A DNA stretch of 64,000 bases from Podarcis filfolensis (Eukaryota): the NCBI GenBank assembly GCA_964270895.1, contig OZ185438.1; one strand, given 5' to 3'. Shown here piece by piece: positions 39,758 through 52,435 of this stretch. A model generated the notes under the pieces. It was not told the DNA's origin. It made no database searches and saw nothing but the letters and a program-made list of their open reading frames with translations. Position numbers and translations under genes: made by a program. The stretch's first letter is position 1. Each line of letters starts with the position of its first letter.

Positions 39758-39996
39758 GTAGGTCTTCCTTTCTATCTTTTTAAAGTACCCTTTTTTAAAC
39801 ACTGCTCAAAGATGCGCAAAAATCGCACTGGGTGATGGAATATTTGGTGCCAGCCTTTAAAAAGCTGTTTGGATCTTTTGGCTTGTTAAAAAGGGTTAAC
39901 GCATTTGTTTTGGATTAAGCTTTCATGGACAACTTCCTATGATGCCTCAACCTTTTCAGAAATCTGATAAAGTAGTTTCTCATCCACAAAAGCTTA

Positions 39997-40354
39997 AAGG
40001 TAAAGGTAAAGGTACCCCTGCCCGTACAGGCCAGTTGTGTCCGACTCTGGGGTTGAGCGCCCATCTCGCTTAAGAGGCCGGGGGCCAGCGCTGTCCACAG
40101 ACACTTCCGGGTCACGTGGCCAGCGTGACAAGCTGCATCTGGCGAGCCAGCGCAGCACACGGAAACGCTGTTTACCTTCCCGCTAGTAAGCGGTCCCTAT
40201 TTATCTACTTGCACCCAGGGGTGCTTTCGAACTGCTAGGTTGGCAGGCGCTGGGACCGAACGCCGGGAGCGCACCCCGCCGCGGGGATTCGAACCACCGA
40301 CCTGACGATCGGCAAGTCCTAGGCGCTGAGGTTTTACCCACAGCGCCACCCGCG
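39997..40354 (-). mobile_element. Full-length young Sauria SINE
   Basis: tRNA-derived head with A-box (40338-48) and perfect B-box GGTTCGAATCC (40285-95), (ACCTTT)n tail, direct repeat TCCACAAAAGCTTA at 39983-96 and 40355-68, CpGs intact. Confidence 0.92.
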
Positions 40355-40733
40355 TCCACAAAAGCTTACGCTACAATATATCTGTATTGTTGCTTGAGAC
40401 ATTTTACTGAAACAGCAAGGAAGACTAGGCCAGGGCCCTGAAAGGGCCACCAACTTTGCCTTGACTTCTGTGGCAGAAAGACAGTATATAAATGCAATCA
40501 ATCAATCAGTCAGTCAATCAATGTTTTCCTGCTGCTGCCAGTGCTCTTACAATTTCTGTTTGGATCTTGGGTGCTGAATATATGGATTTTCCATTTCTTC
40601 ACTGCAAAATAACAGTAACAACAATAAGTGCAGCTTTATACCATTTAGACTTTAAAAATACTGCTTTTAAGATGTCTCATGCTACATTGACATGGATTCC
40701 ATTGCCTTTAATACTACTTGGCTTTTCTTAAAG

Positions 40734-40865
40734 GGTTTGATGAATTAGGTGGACTCCTAAAACCGACAGTGGCCTCTCAAAACCAGAGTCTTCCAACTTC
40801 AAAAGGTCCACCTAACAAGTTAGTGTTGGATGATCTGGATTCATCTTTAGCCAATCTTGTGGGCA
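40734..40865 (+). CDS. PICALM: PICALM exon 15 (132 bp): FDELGGLLKPTVASQNQSLPTSKGPPNKLVLDDLDSSLANLVG (start of the NES region)
   Basis: AG/GT boundaries, phase 1-1. Confidence 0.97.
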
Positions 40866-40964
40866 GTAAGTAGAGTTTATGTAAAGTTTACAGTACCAAC
40901 TCTTTGGATAATTGAAATAAATGAATGGGCAGCTTCCAATTGTTTATTTATTGTTTTGTAACAG

Positions 40965-40995
40965 ATCTGGGCATTGGAAATGGAACAACTAAAAA
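40965..40995 (+). CDS. PICALM: PICALM exon 16 (31 bp): NLGIGNGTTK
   Basis: AG/GT boundaries after a 99-bp intron. Confidence 0.96.
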
Positions 40996-41626
40996 GTGAG
41001 TATTTCTCATTGCAGCAATATGCAAGTGTTTTAACCCATTAAGCACATCTTTGCAGCAATTTTGTACAGCAAATGCAGACTAAGGTTCTTGAGATGAACC
41101 TGGCAGGGAGGGTGTAACACTGCCCCTTTCCCCTCCCAGGTTTTCCATTTCTGAGTAGGATAGCGAATGTCTTTGAGGGGGTGGGAGCAGGAGAACTCTG
41201 AATTAGGGAAGCTGTATATGAACAGTTAATCTTGCAATAAATCAGTTCACCTCAAGATTACAGACTTCTAGGTACCCAAGTCTTATTATCCAGGGACTGT
41301 ACACTCTCTTTGCCTGCTTTCTTGCTTCTTTCTGCATGTTTGCCTTACATTTGGTCCCTTTGGCCTATTTATGTAAGGCTTGAGCCAATTGTGTGCTGGT
41401 GTCTCTAGAGTGGTGTGCATTAATGGATAGTATTTCCCTTCATTTTTATCTATTTTTGGAGGCTTGAACTGGGAGATGTTGAGGTACATAGTTTCAGGAT
41501 AAGAAATATTGCTCTAACCTTGCCTTGTTTAAACTTAGTTTATTTTTAAACATGTCTGCAAGAAAGGCAGCTAGATTCCCCTCCATCCCCTGGATTTAAG
41601 ATCTTTTTTCCCTTTTCTTTTCTAAG

Positions 41627-41726
41627 TGATGTGAACTGGACACAGCCAGGAGAAAAGAAACTAACTGGAGGCTCCAACTGGCAACCCAAAGTTGCACCAA
41701 CAACAGCATGGAACACTCCAACAATG
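41627..41726 (+). CDS. PICALM: PICALM exon 17 (100 bp): DVNWTQPGEKKLTGGSNWQPKVAPTTAWNTPTM
   Basis: AG/GT boundaries, in frame. Confidence 0.97.
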
Positions 41727-42176
41727 GTAAGCAGTTGCTGTAGGCATATTGAAAGAATTCCAGCAGCTCAAAATATGCTGTGAAAGTGTAGGAGGGCTAT
41801 AGGAATTTTGTCAGGAGAGGCAGAGAATCTTAGAACTTATCATGGGAGCCTAAAACAACCTGACACGTTTCATTTAGGTGATGTTTAATTGGATATTTAT
41901 TAGCTAGAGTCATCCCAGTGGAGTCAGGCTTGTGTTTTAAGGTTAGCAACCTGGGTACTCAAACATACTGTGCTGATATAGTACCCTTGAGTGATGTAGA
42001 GGTCTCGTGGCATTGACAGCCTCATGACGATTGCACAGAAAAATGTGTATCTAACCTGGACTGCCATACTTGAAACAGGTTGAAGTTTTAATCCATTTGT
42101 CTCACAATTTCACTATGATACTTCAATATAAGCATACACAAAAGGGGTTGAGATGAATTTTAAGCATTGATTATAT

Positions 42177-42480
42177 CGGGGATGGGACGGAGGCAACATT
42201 CCCTGATGGGCAACTTTCAAGGGCCTGCATGTCAGTGGTAGGTGGAGCCAGATGCAAAAGTAGGCGGAGCAACACATATTACTATTCCGTTAGTATCATA
42301 ACTGGAATCTAGCCTGTGTAAACGCCAGAGGTTTCTACACATGCACGCAGGCAAGAATCATTATCCTAGTTGAAGCATACATTGCAGCAATGTGGAATCA
42401 CCTGAAGAAGGTGCAGAGCAGGACCACATTTGAGGGACATGGCCACATTTGGCCTCTGGGCCTGAGCATCCCCACCCCTG
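42177..42480. mobile_element. Degenerate hAT MITE
   Basis: CGGGGATGGG...CCCCACCCCTG with near-matching 8-bp flanks GATTATAT/GTTCATAT. Confidence 0.5.
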
Positions 42481-42684
42481 GTTCATATGAAGCCAGGAAA
42501 TAGCTCAGGTGAAATGGGGAAGTCTGGCTTAGTACAAGCAAGGAATGAAGCTTTGGAGCCATCACAAGGGGACAAGTGAAGAAGGAATGCTCAGCCTCGG
42601 CACTTGTTCACAGCTTTATGAAACATGTATTAGGAAGCCAGGAAAGATGATTTAAATCAAGCCATAGCCTTATACCATTTTATT

Positions 42685-42810
42685 CACAAAGTTTGTGAGA
42701 GGTTGCACTGGTTTTGTGCGAAGTCAGCCAGTGATTCTGGTTGATACTGGATTTGAACCCAGGTTTCCTTGTGCCAAGTCAATGCCCAATCCACTGCACC
42801 ATGCTGGCTT
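42685..42810 (-). mobile_element. tRNA-derived SINE fragment
   Basis: GGATTTGAACCCAGG (reverse B-box) and CCACTGCACCATGCTGGCT (reverse head). Confidence 0.55.
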
Positions 42811-44350
42811 TTAATAAAGGTATATTCTAATGAGGGAAGCAAAGTGTTATTTAATCATAAGCCCTGTGAAAGGAGACCTATGTTGGACATTAAACCTTCA
42901 CCAGAAGCTGTGTATTTTGAGGAGCATTGTTCCTTGAAGCCTGAGCAATCTCTTAAAAGAGCAACAATTGTAGTCTCAGTAGGTCATAAAGGGCTTGCAG
43001 GGGCAGGAGCCCTCCACATCCCAAAAGTGCTCTAAAAGGTTCCAAGCTGTGACTTCTGCAGATCCATGTGATGGCACAATAGCCACAAAGGAGGATTTGA
43101 ATGGTACTAATAAGATATGGTGTGACTGAAAGCAAGGCAGGGAGCAAAAACTTCATGTCTGATGCTGCCTGTATTGTCATATAACTTGTTAAGAGAAATT
43201 GGAAAGAGATGCCTCATGTGTTCGATCAGTTGCCTTCTTGCTGTTGACTTGCCTGCAGGAAAATAATAATAGGTGACGGTTGCTAGCCTGGTGTATTTTT
43301 TTAACATGCTTGGAAGTGGTGGCTCATAATCATTTACCAGTAGATATATGTGGCTTTTCAAGTAATAAATACTGCAACTCTGGGCAGGCATGTGTGACAG
43401 GAGAGGATAACTGTGGAAGGAGGGCTAGTGTTAAAAGCTACAGAGAACAGCTTTTTGCCTCTAATACAATCAGGATCAAATGCGTAAGGCCATCTACACT
43501 GCTATGAATTAAGCATGTGCTAACTGCTAGACATTCTGGCCTGCCTGTGGTACTATTTTTGTGCTTTAAAATGGGAACTTAGTGACTGAACTGGGCACCA
43601 TTCCAGCCATGTGTATTTTGAGATAATGGTCATTTGACAATGACCTTCAAATGCCACTTTCCCACCCAATGTTAGCTGTAACCTTTATAAACTACTTGGG
43701 AGAAAGACACTTGTAAAAGGAGGGGCGGCTTGAGTACCCTGTCCTTCCCTCCAGACCTCTCCAGCAAATGTTCCAGCCCATGCACTAGCCCTGTAAGGGA
43801 AATCTGATTCAGTCCCACATAGCATCTCGTTCTGCCTTAACTTTTCATTCCTGGAGATGGTTGCTTCTAAATGTTTAATAATTTCCTTTTAGGAGCTGTG
43901 CTGAACTGCCTTGTGACACAGCTCCTGTCTGATAAGTCTCACCTGAAGCTATGAGATTCCTAAATGGTTTTCATGAGCTGTTAGAATAGGAAGGTCTAAC
44001 TCACTTCCATTCATCCTCTGCCTTAACTCTGTTTGTCCTGTTCTGGTTCCCTTGTGAGTGCTTTCCCTTTAATTGGTACCAGTAGATTCCAGTATTTATG
44101 GAAAACTTGCCAACTCAAAGCATGTGAAAAACATGTACAAATGCAGAGGTCGTGTTGCGGCTTCGTCAACCTTGTCTGTGTCCTTTTTACCAGATGCTTA
44201 AGTGGCTTTGGATTACAAAAATTATATTTCGGGGAGGGGTTTGAACTCACTTTTTGACTAAAATGCTCTGTGTGTATATTCTGTTGTGTAAGTACTCATT
44301 TCTAATCCAGTGTTATTGCATTATGTAATTGTTCTTCCGGGGGAAAACAG

Positions 44351-44374
44351 AATGGCATGCATTTTCCACAATAC
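44351..44374 (+). CDS. PICALM: PICALM exon 18, 24-nt microexon: NGMHFPQY
   Basis: aacag|AATGGCATGCATTTTCCACAATAC|gtaagt; matches the known 8-aa CALM insert. Confidence 0.93.
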
Positions 44375-46328
44375 GTAAGTGAACAAAACCTGCAGCCTTT
44401 TTTTTTTCTTTTTGCAATCAAAACTGGCATGCTGATATTAACCACTACAGCAGAATCTCATAATCCTGCTATTCCACACTTTTTTTTCTCTTGAGTTAAG
44501 ATCTTTGGGCATGACGACAACCTTGAGCAGCTTCTATCTAGCTTATCCAGATCTCAAGGTGTTCTGTGGGCCTCTTTTCTCCAATGATGGCATGGAAAAA
44601 TACTAAGATGATTTTTCTTGCTTTAAACTCTGCCATTTGCTGCGAGATAGCTGGTGCGTGTGTCTGTATTGCCTTTTTTAAAAATGCATTTGGTGGATAA
44701 ATCAAACCAAAAAAGGCATTTGTGCGTGTGAAATAACTGCATGAAACTTCACAGGCTTCTGTTCGACTTCACAATTCACTATCTGCAGACTTGATTTCAA
44801 ATAGGGAGAGACCAATACGTCCCCAAATACTAAACCAAGTGAAAATGCTCACCCATTTGGTTGTGTATCTGAAAGACTTAAAACTTTTGAATTATCCTTC
44901 AAAGATGGGTGGCATCTCCCTTCAGCACTAAAAGGACAAGTAACAGTGGTTAAAATGACAAGTCAACCTAATTTCTCTTGTGTCAATAAGAGCTAAAGAA
45001 TGAAGTAACTAATGGGTTTGTTTTCCAAATGTTTTAAGGTAAGTTTATTCATTGACTGTGGGGTGTTCCCTCACTCCCGCTTTTCTACAGCTACCGTGTG
45101 TGTGGTTCACCCCATCTGCTTTACACGTGGATATTGCAACTGTATTGTTTTACATCCAAAATCTTAAGCGACTTTAATTCTTTAGCTCTTAACTATAGTG
45201 ATCCCAGTTTAACCCAATTGGTTTCTCCTTCCATGTTATTGTTGGTCTTTCCCTGTATTCTCTTCATTGTGGGGAAATCCTAAGCCAGCCTTCAGCTCCT
45301 AAAAGCCTAGCAAATGTATGGCCATATGTATGCAAATGCATAATATTTTGCTTAATGGCTGTATGAATATTAATCATGGTCATTTCATTAACCATGTTAG
45401 CCAATAGCAAGTTGGATTCCATTGTCCAGTGGCTATTACAGTTCAAAGGAGTAAACATTTTTGAAACACTGTATGGTTCTTTTCTTCCCATCCCTACCCC
45501 AGAGAGTAGGGATATTGTTTCTGGAGAGTTAAATCTCCTACGGAAACAGTTCTTACAGATTAAGGGCATGATACAAAACAATGCTGTTCTATTTGTCCCT
45601 AAGCTCAGAGGGTTTGTATAGGAAAAGTTCCAGGATTGCTTGTGCGCGTCTATATTTTTCTGCTTTGCCATATTTTTTAGAGATTCCTCCACTTTCTAGG
45701 ACTTCTGCTGTATGATGCAAGAGTGTCAAAGCCAGAGGGCTTGAGCAGAGTTTCAAAGTACTTACTCCAAGCAAAAAGCCCAGTTCCTGTAATAGTTGTC
45801 TTGCATATGGAACTGCAGATTTTTTTTGGAAAAAAAGTATCACTGGTTTGGAGGAGGTGGTAAGCTTCATAAGTTACCCTCCTACTGTCAAACATCACAA
45901 TATCTGGCAGAAAGAACACCCCAGTCTGTCCCTTTCAGATGCTGGGAGGTCTTTTTGGCTGTGATATCTTTGTTAAAATGGGATTTCAACTTGTGCATTG
46001 ATGTAAAATATCTTCTTGAACTATTTATACTTCCATGTAAGTCTCCGGGGCAGCTGACAAGATATGCCAAAACAAACAAACATCGAGTCCTACATAAAAA
46101 AGAAACATGCCAAATTTAAAAACTCCCTATAAATGCTGTAAGCAGAAACAAACTTTTTACCTGGCCCTTTTTAGAAAACTCAGAACAGCTCCTGTTCAGA
46201 CAGGCAGCTGTCTGCTTTATGCTTATAGCCTGGGGTGTTCCTTGACTATTCAGCTACTGGTTGCATGAAGCCCATCAAGTGAGGCTTTGTTTGACAGCAC
46301 TCGACTTCTTGTTTTGGGGAAGCATCTA

Positions 46329-46366
<38 letters not shown>
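46329..46366. repeat. (ATT)n microsatellite
   Basis: Read directly. Confidence 0.9.
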
Positions 46367-46671
46367 CCAGGATGCTAGGTTCACATTGTCTGTAAAGCAA
46401 TCCTGGGCCTGAAGTGATGCCCTCCCAACTTATTGGGCACCAGCTATATAGTGTGTTACCTTGTACATTTGTAGCCATGTTCAGCTAAAGAAACTCTAAT
46501 GGCTTACCTGCAAGCATGTTACCATGATGCTCACTGGCCAGTTTCTGGCTCTGTCAGATATCAATTGATCAGCTGTCAGAGATGCTCATATTTACAGTCA
46601 AAAGCATTTCATTGCTGTTTGTGAAGCCTTTTCCATTTGCATGCCGTTTAAGGTTGTCTCTTTCTCATTAG

Positions 46672-46731
46672 GCACCGCCCGTCATGGCCTATCCTGCTAC
46701 AACGCCAACAGGAATGATGGGGTATGGAATG
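46672..46731 (+). CDS. PICALM: PICALM exon 19 (60 bp): APPVMAYPATTPTGMMGYGM
   Basis: AG/GT boundaries, phase 0-0. Confidence 0.97.
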
Positions 46732-47908
46732 GTCAGTAAATGTTTATATTCATTTGAAGTATTTTTAGGAGCGCTTTTATTGTAGCTTGTAGTATAACTG
46801 CTCTTTCCATTTCCTTTGGGTTTCTGTGTGTGCTTGCAACACATATGTTGAACAAGATGCCACATACCTGGCAGATTAATTTTAGCCCCACTTGTTTGTT
46901 TGTTTTTTGACCTTTTTCATTTCGCCAGACAAAAAACCCCCTAATACTTAATGTTCTTTACTTCCACCTATTTTCTGTTACAGTGACTACTTTAAAAATA
47001 AATTCCAGGAAGCCTTAGCATTTCTCACTGAGACTATAGGCGTGAAATGAGCTTCCTTGAAAAACAGCTCCCCCCACCCCACAAATGTGCAGCCATACAG
47101 TGTGTGTTCTAATGGCATTCTGTTCGTACAGAGCAATGGTGAAGCCTAGTAGGTTTGGCCAACACCACATGGGAACAGTATCCATCCTAGAACATATGTA
47201 GAATCCTCTGGCAGATATAAAGAGGCTCCTACCAGGCAAGATACGGAGTTTGTTTGAAACTTAGGAAGTTTGAAAGCACTCCTTTTTAAGGTGACACCCT
47301 TGTAGATTAGCCTCAGATGTTGGGCATGCCTTGTGCTAAATGCAACAGGAAGCTAAACTGCAGATTAGTTCTAACGTGTTCAGGGCTAAGTGGAAAATCA
47401 ATGCCTCCTTAACAACCCAGCATTTGAAATCTAAATGAATTTCTATTCGGCCCCCTCTGCAGTCTTCTGATCCTTGGTTAAGACACTTTATCTGAGCAAA
47501 TTTTAAATTTGCCTGTTGGTGTTTTAATGGCTGGTCTTAAGATATTTGTTGTTTTTAATAGCTGCTGTCTTATTTCCTCTTTAGCTTTTTAAAAAATGAA
47601 AACATCTTAGCCTGGTACAGGAATGAATAAAGTGAAAGAGCTTGGTATATCACACTAGATGTTGTTCAAAGTTTTTAGCTCAATGTAGAAACGTGAAGCA
47701 GTAGCCTATCTAAAAGCGTGGAAAGGTGCATAGGAACACAGACCAAAAGTTCCCAATGCTTGGTTGCTGGAAGCTTTTTTAAATGTTCCATTAATTATTT
47801 CCTTTACAGTGCCACTAACTAAACTGTACAGTTGGAGGCAATTTCTGGTGGTGGTCTCTTTTAAAGAGCTGTGCATGAAATTAATTCTTTGCTGTTCTGG
47901 ATTTTTAG

Positions 47909-48013
47909 CCATCCCAAATGGGAGGAGTACCAGTAATGACGCAACCAACCTTAATATACAGCCAACCTGTCATGAGACCTCCAAATCCTTTTGGTCCTGT
48001 ATCGGGAGCCCAG
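47909..48013 (+). CDS. PICALM: PICALM exon 20 (105 bp): PSQMGGVPVMTQPTLIYSQPVMRPPNPFGPVSGAQ (NPF)
   Basis: AG/GT boundaries, phase 0-0. Confidence 0.97.
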
Positions 48014-49042
48014 GTGGGTGTGGAACTGGCCTACAAAGCCGTATGCTTCTGGCAGCTCACAAGCTAGTCAACAAGAGCATTGTGTGTATATTTGGTCATG
48101 TTGTCAGTTGGTGCATTACTTTGGCTTCAACCGTTAAGCCTGCTCAGCCTGGGAAACTTGCAGCCCCAAGGAAGGAATGGTGAAGATGGGATGGAGGAAA
48201 GCTAACAGTGCCAAAAGGCCCTTAGCAAGCAAGGTGAGGATAGTCCAGGAGGAGATGGCGCTGAAGGAAAGTTTGAGAAGGCACCTTGTCATTAGAAGAG
48301 AGTGCTTTCAGGTATTAAGAGACAGAGGATGGTAAGGAAGAGGGAGCAGCAGTTCTTCATAGTTAGCAGTGGCAAACATTGCGGTGTCGTGTCCCCCCGC
48401 CATGTTTCTGGACTACAACTCCCATGGTTCCTAACACTGGCCATGTTCACCAGGACTGAGAGGAGCCAGAGTTCAGCATCAGAAGAGTAGGCAGCAAATA
48501 GTACTGTTCAGTTTTCTGTTGAAAAGCTAAGCTAAGGTGTCAGAGTGGCACTGCTTTTAGCAGGGGTGTTCTAGATCTTTATTAAAGAGAGAAGAGGTGA
48601 TAGGAAGAAAGTCTGATTAAGGCTGCAGATAAAACTTAGCTTTTCTAGGTGCCACTTCAGGAGTGGCAATTTCCTCCATTAATGGTACTACTTCGTACAA
48701 AACCACAGGCTAGCCAAGTGTAGTAGGCACTGATTGGTGGCATGCATGCGGTTGTTTATCTGCTTGTACACATTCTGGGAAGGAGTGGCCAGTTGTGGGT
48801 TCACATTGCGTTTGTACACAGCAGAAGAGATGTGTGTGCAATTGTCATGTTTGTTCATTTGTTGCAGGAAACTTTTCGCCTTTGAAATCAGCCCTAAATT
48901 TGCCCTCAAAAGGACCCAAGCTTGTTCCAGTAGGATGTGGCACATACAGTTCTCCTTTTTCTATTCTAGTATGGAAATCAAGAGGTTTAATCATAGAGTC
49001 TTGCCTGCTGTAACTTTTAAACTACTACTTGGTTTTTTTCTG

Positions 49043-49044
<2 letters not shown>

Positions 49045-49084
<40 letters not shown>
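49045..49084. repeat. (AC)20 microsatellite
   Basis: Read directly. Confidence 0.9.
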
Positions 49085-49085
<1 letters not shown>

Positions 49086-52000
49086 ATTTTCATCCCTTAT
49101 ATTTGCACTGTACTCTGTGGCTCCTCTTTTACTGCTTGTGTAACATATTCAGAATTTGAGACAATCTAGAGTGGTGGGTACAAGCTATTCTTTAGCTGTG
49201 CATACTTGGGAGTTGAGCTTAGGACATTAATGTAGGTCTTTCAGATCTGCCAGCCATTGGACTGGCAAATATTTGACACAACTCGCCCTCCCTAGCAGGT
49301 GCACTTCAAGTGCCACTAAACTTTGCTTCATTGATGTTTGTCCATGGAACATTCCCTGATGTAACCCTGCATAAAATGAAGCAAGGCTGTTTGGTGGATT
49401 GCACCCATTGGTGATTTATTGATGATATGTTGAACAGCAATCTAAAGCTTATTGGTTCAGTAAAAATGAACAAAGATTGTGTTTTACTAAAGGGATGTGC
49501 TTGGCCGAGAACTCCAAAGGTAGTGGCACATATATTGAGATGGAAGAAAGGAAGATTGATATCCTGAGGCCCAAACTGTTCCCTGATTTGGATGTTTATA
49601 GTTCTTTTCCCTTTTGAAAGAAGCAGGTATATTTGTTCATGTTGACCTAGGTATTACGTGAATGCATCCAGTTCTTAGTAAATATTAGGTTATAGGGCAT
49701 GGTTTCTGTACTTCCCTGGTGAGAAAATGTGAGGTTTGACTCTTGGGAGTTATTCTTGAGATTGAGATGGGATGTCACAAGCTGAATCCTACAGTGTCCT
49801 TGAGTCTGTTGAATAGTTTCCTAAAGCAATGGAAGGTGCAGTGGCTTTCACTTGTAAGTCTAAAATAGCTTTGGGGAAGGAGCTCTATGTTCCTTAGTAA
49901 GCAGGGAATGAGAATTTGGCTGTTCAGCTGGAAGCATAAATTAGAAAGCCTTCCTGAAGATGGGACTTTACCACTTCAGAATGCAAGTAGGTACTAGCAT
50001 TGTTGGGGAACATTTGATATGTAAAGGACCCACTCATAAAAATCCTAGTATATCAGGGAGAAGACCTGGGTCAAATCCTGCTTGGTAGTTTTGTTCCGGA
50101 CAGTGGAAGCATTATGTCGTCTGCTGTTCTTCCCTGGCACATATTCAGAAGTGATGACATGTCTTACAGCAGTTTCCACTATGCATCTCTTGTGAATGTC
50201 TAGATTTATCTTAACTATGTACATAATGGGTGAGGAAATAGGTTTCCTCTGGAAACCCCAGATGTTGGGAAATGTACCCTTTAATTGAGGCACTTGCTGA
50301 GATTGCTGCTGGATGGAGCTGTTTGTCATTCCTCCTTACACTCTGCTTTACTGTGCTGATGTCAGATTTATTAGCGTTTCTTGGGAAAGGGAACAAAGGC
50401 CCGTTGTGGGAGCCTGTTTGCTGCTCTGAACCCTGGCAGTATTTGGCTTCTTGCTCTGCCCCCTGTTCCTCCACACTAGACGCATTGTGTACCCAGCGCC
50501 TGCTTCAGGGTTCTGAAAGAGCGTCTCCCCTTTGGTCACCTGTTGGTCTTGGCAGCTCTTTTGTTAGCAAAACTGCACGAGCGGGAGTGCCTTCCACATA
50601 ACACGAACTGAGCATGTTGCAAAACTAACTTGCGTGGATGAGTCTTGACTTCCATCAGTGCCATGAAGCTGAAAGAGACCATTCATGGAACCTCCCTCCT
50701 CTTCATTCATCTACATAATTTTCGCTTTCCTCTTCCATATCCACTTAATCATCTCCAGACACCGCCTACTAGGAAAAAACAACAACATTTAGTTTCTGCC
50801 TTGGTTAGCCAATGGTCCCTTAAACTCAGAAACGGCAAGCCCTAGTTCATGTAGGCGTCCATTGATTTGGCTTCCGTGTGGTAGGAGGCTTGTAGCAGCC
50901 AGCAGAGATGGGGAGCATGTGGCTCTCCAGATGTTGGACTCCAGGAATTATGGGAGCTGTAGTACACCAACATCTGGAGCACCAGTTTCCCCATCCTCAA
51001 GCTACCGGCTGCCAACTGCAGCAGCTCTCCATAGATAGCTTGTTGCTCCATAACTGTTGCAGCAACAGAGGGAAAAGGAGGTCAACTCTCCTGTTTGGTG
51101 TGCTCTTGGAGGTGAGCAGGGGGCACAAAGGTTGGAAGGAGCTTCTTCACAGGTGGCTGTAGCAACTGTTAAAATATTTCAGCTACTATAGCCACCAGGA
51201 GGCTTCTCGCCACTTGGAACATTGAGAGTGCTGGGTGAACCAGGACTGCGTCAGAAGCTGCATCTTGCCTTTTTCATGTGTGGAAAATTGCACCTGATTG
51301 TTCCCATGATTATTCTTTCCCTGTACAAAAGGGGAGGCGACTTCTTGCATTCAGAGAAGAAAATTTATCACTGTTCAAGGATTTTGATTATAATAACTTC
51401 CTTGGGAGTGACTGAAACGATTTGATTCTTTCAAAGAGAAGCCAGAAAATGTTCCCTAGTCTCAAAGAAGGCTAGTAGATGTGTTTGATTGATTTTATAT
51501 ATAAAAAACACAAATCAATCAGGGTGTGTGTGTGTGTGTGTGTTTCTATTTGAAATAATCAAATTGGATTGCCATCACCAAGGACTGGAAATGCACTGGA
51601 AAATCTTCTCCACAGCTCTGAAGTTGCCTTTTCTGTCATTAAGACCTTTCCAATGTGTCATCTTTGGTCACAGCTGGGAGACCAGCCATGAACATTTAGG
51701 AAGGGGCCAGTTGGATGGTGAGGCTTGGTAATAGGTCTGAGCAATGGCCATGAAGTGGCCGTATCTTAAAATAACTGTACGTGACAAATAAACTACATCT
51801 TGCATAAAACAAGTATGCTGCCAGTGAACGGCTATGGGATGTATAGGTTAAGCAATTGCACATATTGATGCTGTGCAGATCATTCGGGCGATAAATGTGA
51901 CCGGGGGGGGGGGGGAGGCAGTCCCTTGCACTTTGTGCAGGAATGTGCACTAACAAAACAGAAAGACCGTACCCATCTGTCAGCTGCATTTGACTCTCCC

Positions 52001-52094
52001 TCTGGTGGATGTTCGCCGTTCTGTGTTGATCCAAGCAAATTGAGGAAACTGAATTGTTTGGCGTGGGGAGAGAACATTCCGGAAGAACAAAACA

Positions 52095-52435
52095 AAAATA
52101 CACAGAGCATAGTAGAGCTATGGAATTTGCTCCCACAGGAAGTAGAGACGGCCACCAACTCTGGATGGCTTCAGAGGGGGATTAGGCAAAATTATGCAGG
52201 ATCAAGTTGTCAGTGGCTACAAGCCATGATGATTGTGTTCTGCCTCCGCTGTTGGAGGTAATGCGTCTCTGAGAACCTGTTGCTAGGAATTGCCAGTTGG
52301 AGTGCTTTTGTACTCGGGTCCTGTATGTGGGCTTCCCATGGGCATTGGTTGGCTACTGTGAGCCCAGGATGCTGGACTAGATGGGTCTTTGGCCCGCTCC
52401 AGCAGGGTCTTCTTATGGTCTAATGTTATGCTCTT
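52095..52435 (+). mobile_element. CR1 LINE 3' end (ORF2 C-terminus plus 3'UTR)
   Basis: Encodes TQSIVELWNLLPQEV, followed by CR1 3'UTR GGATGCTGGACTAGATGGG...CTTCTTATG. Confidence 0.75.

Noticed and set aside
45264-45692. 142-aa minus-strand ORF in intron 18
   Set aside because: No recognisable family and no supporting exon structure.
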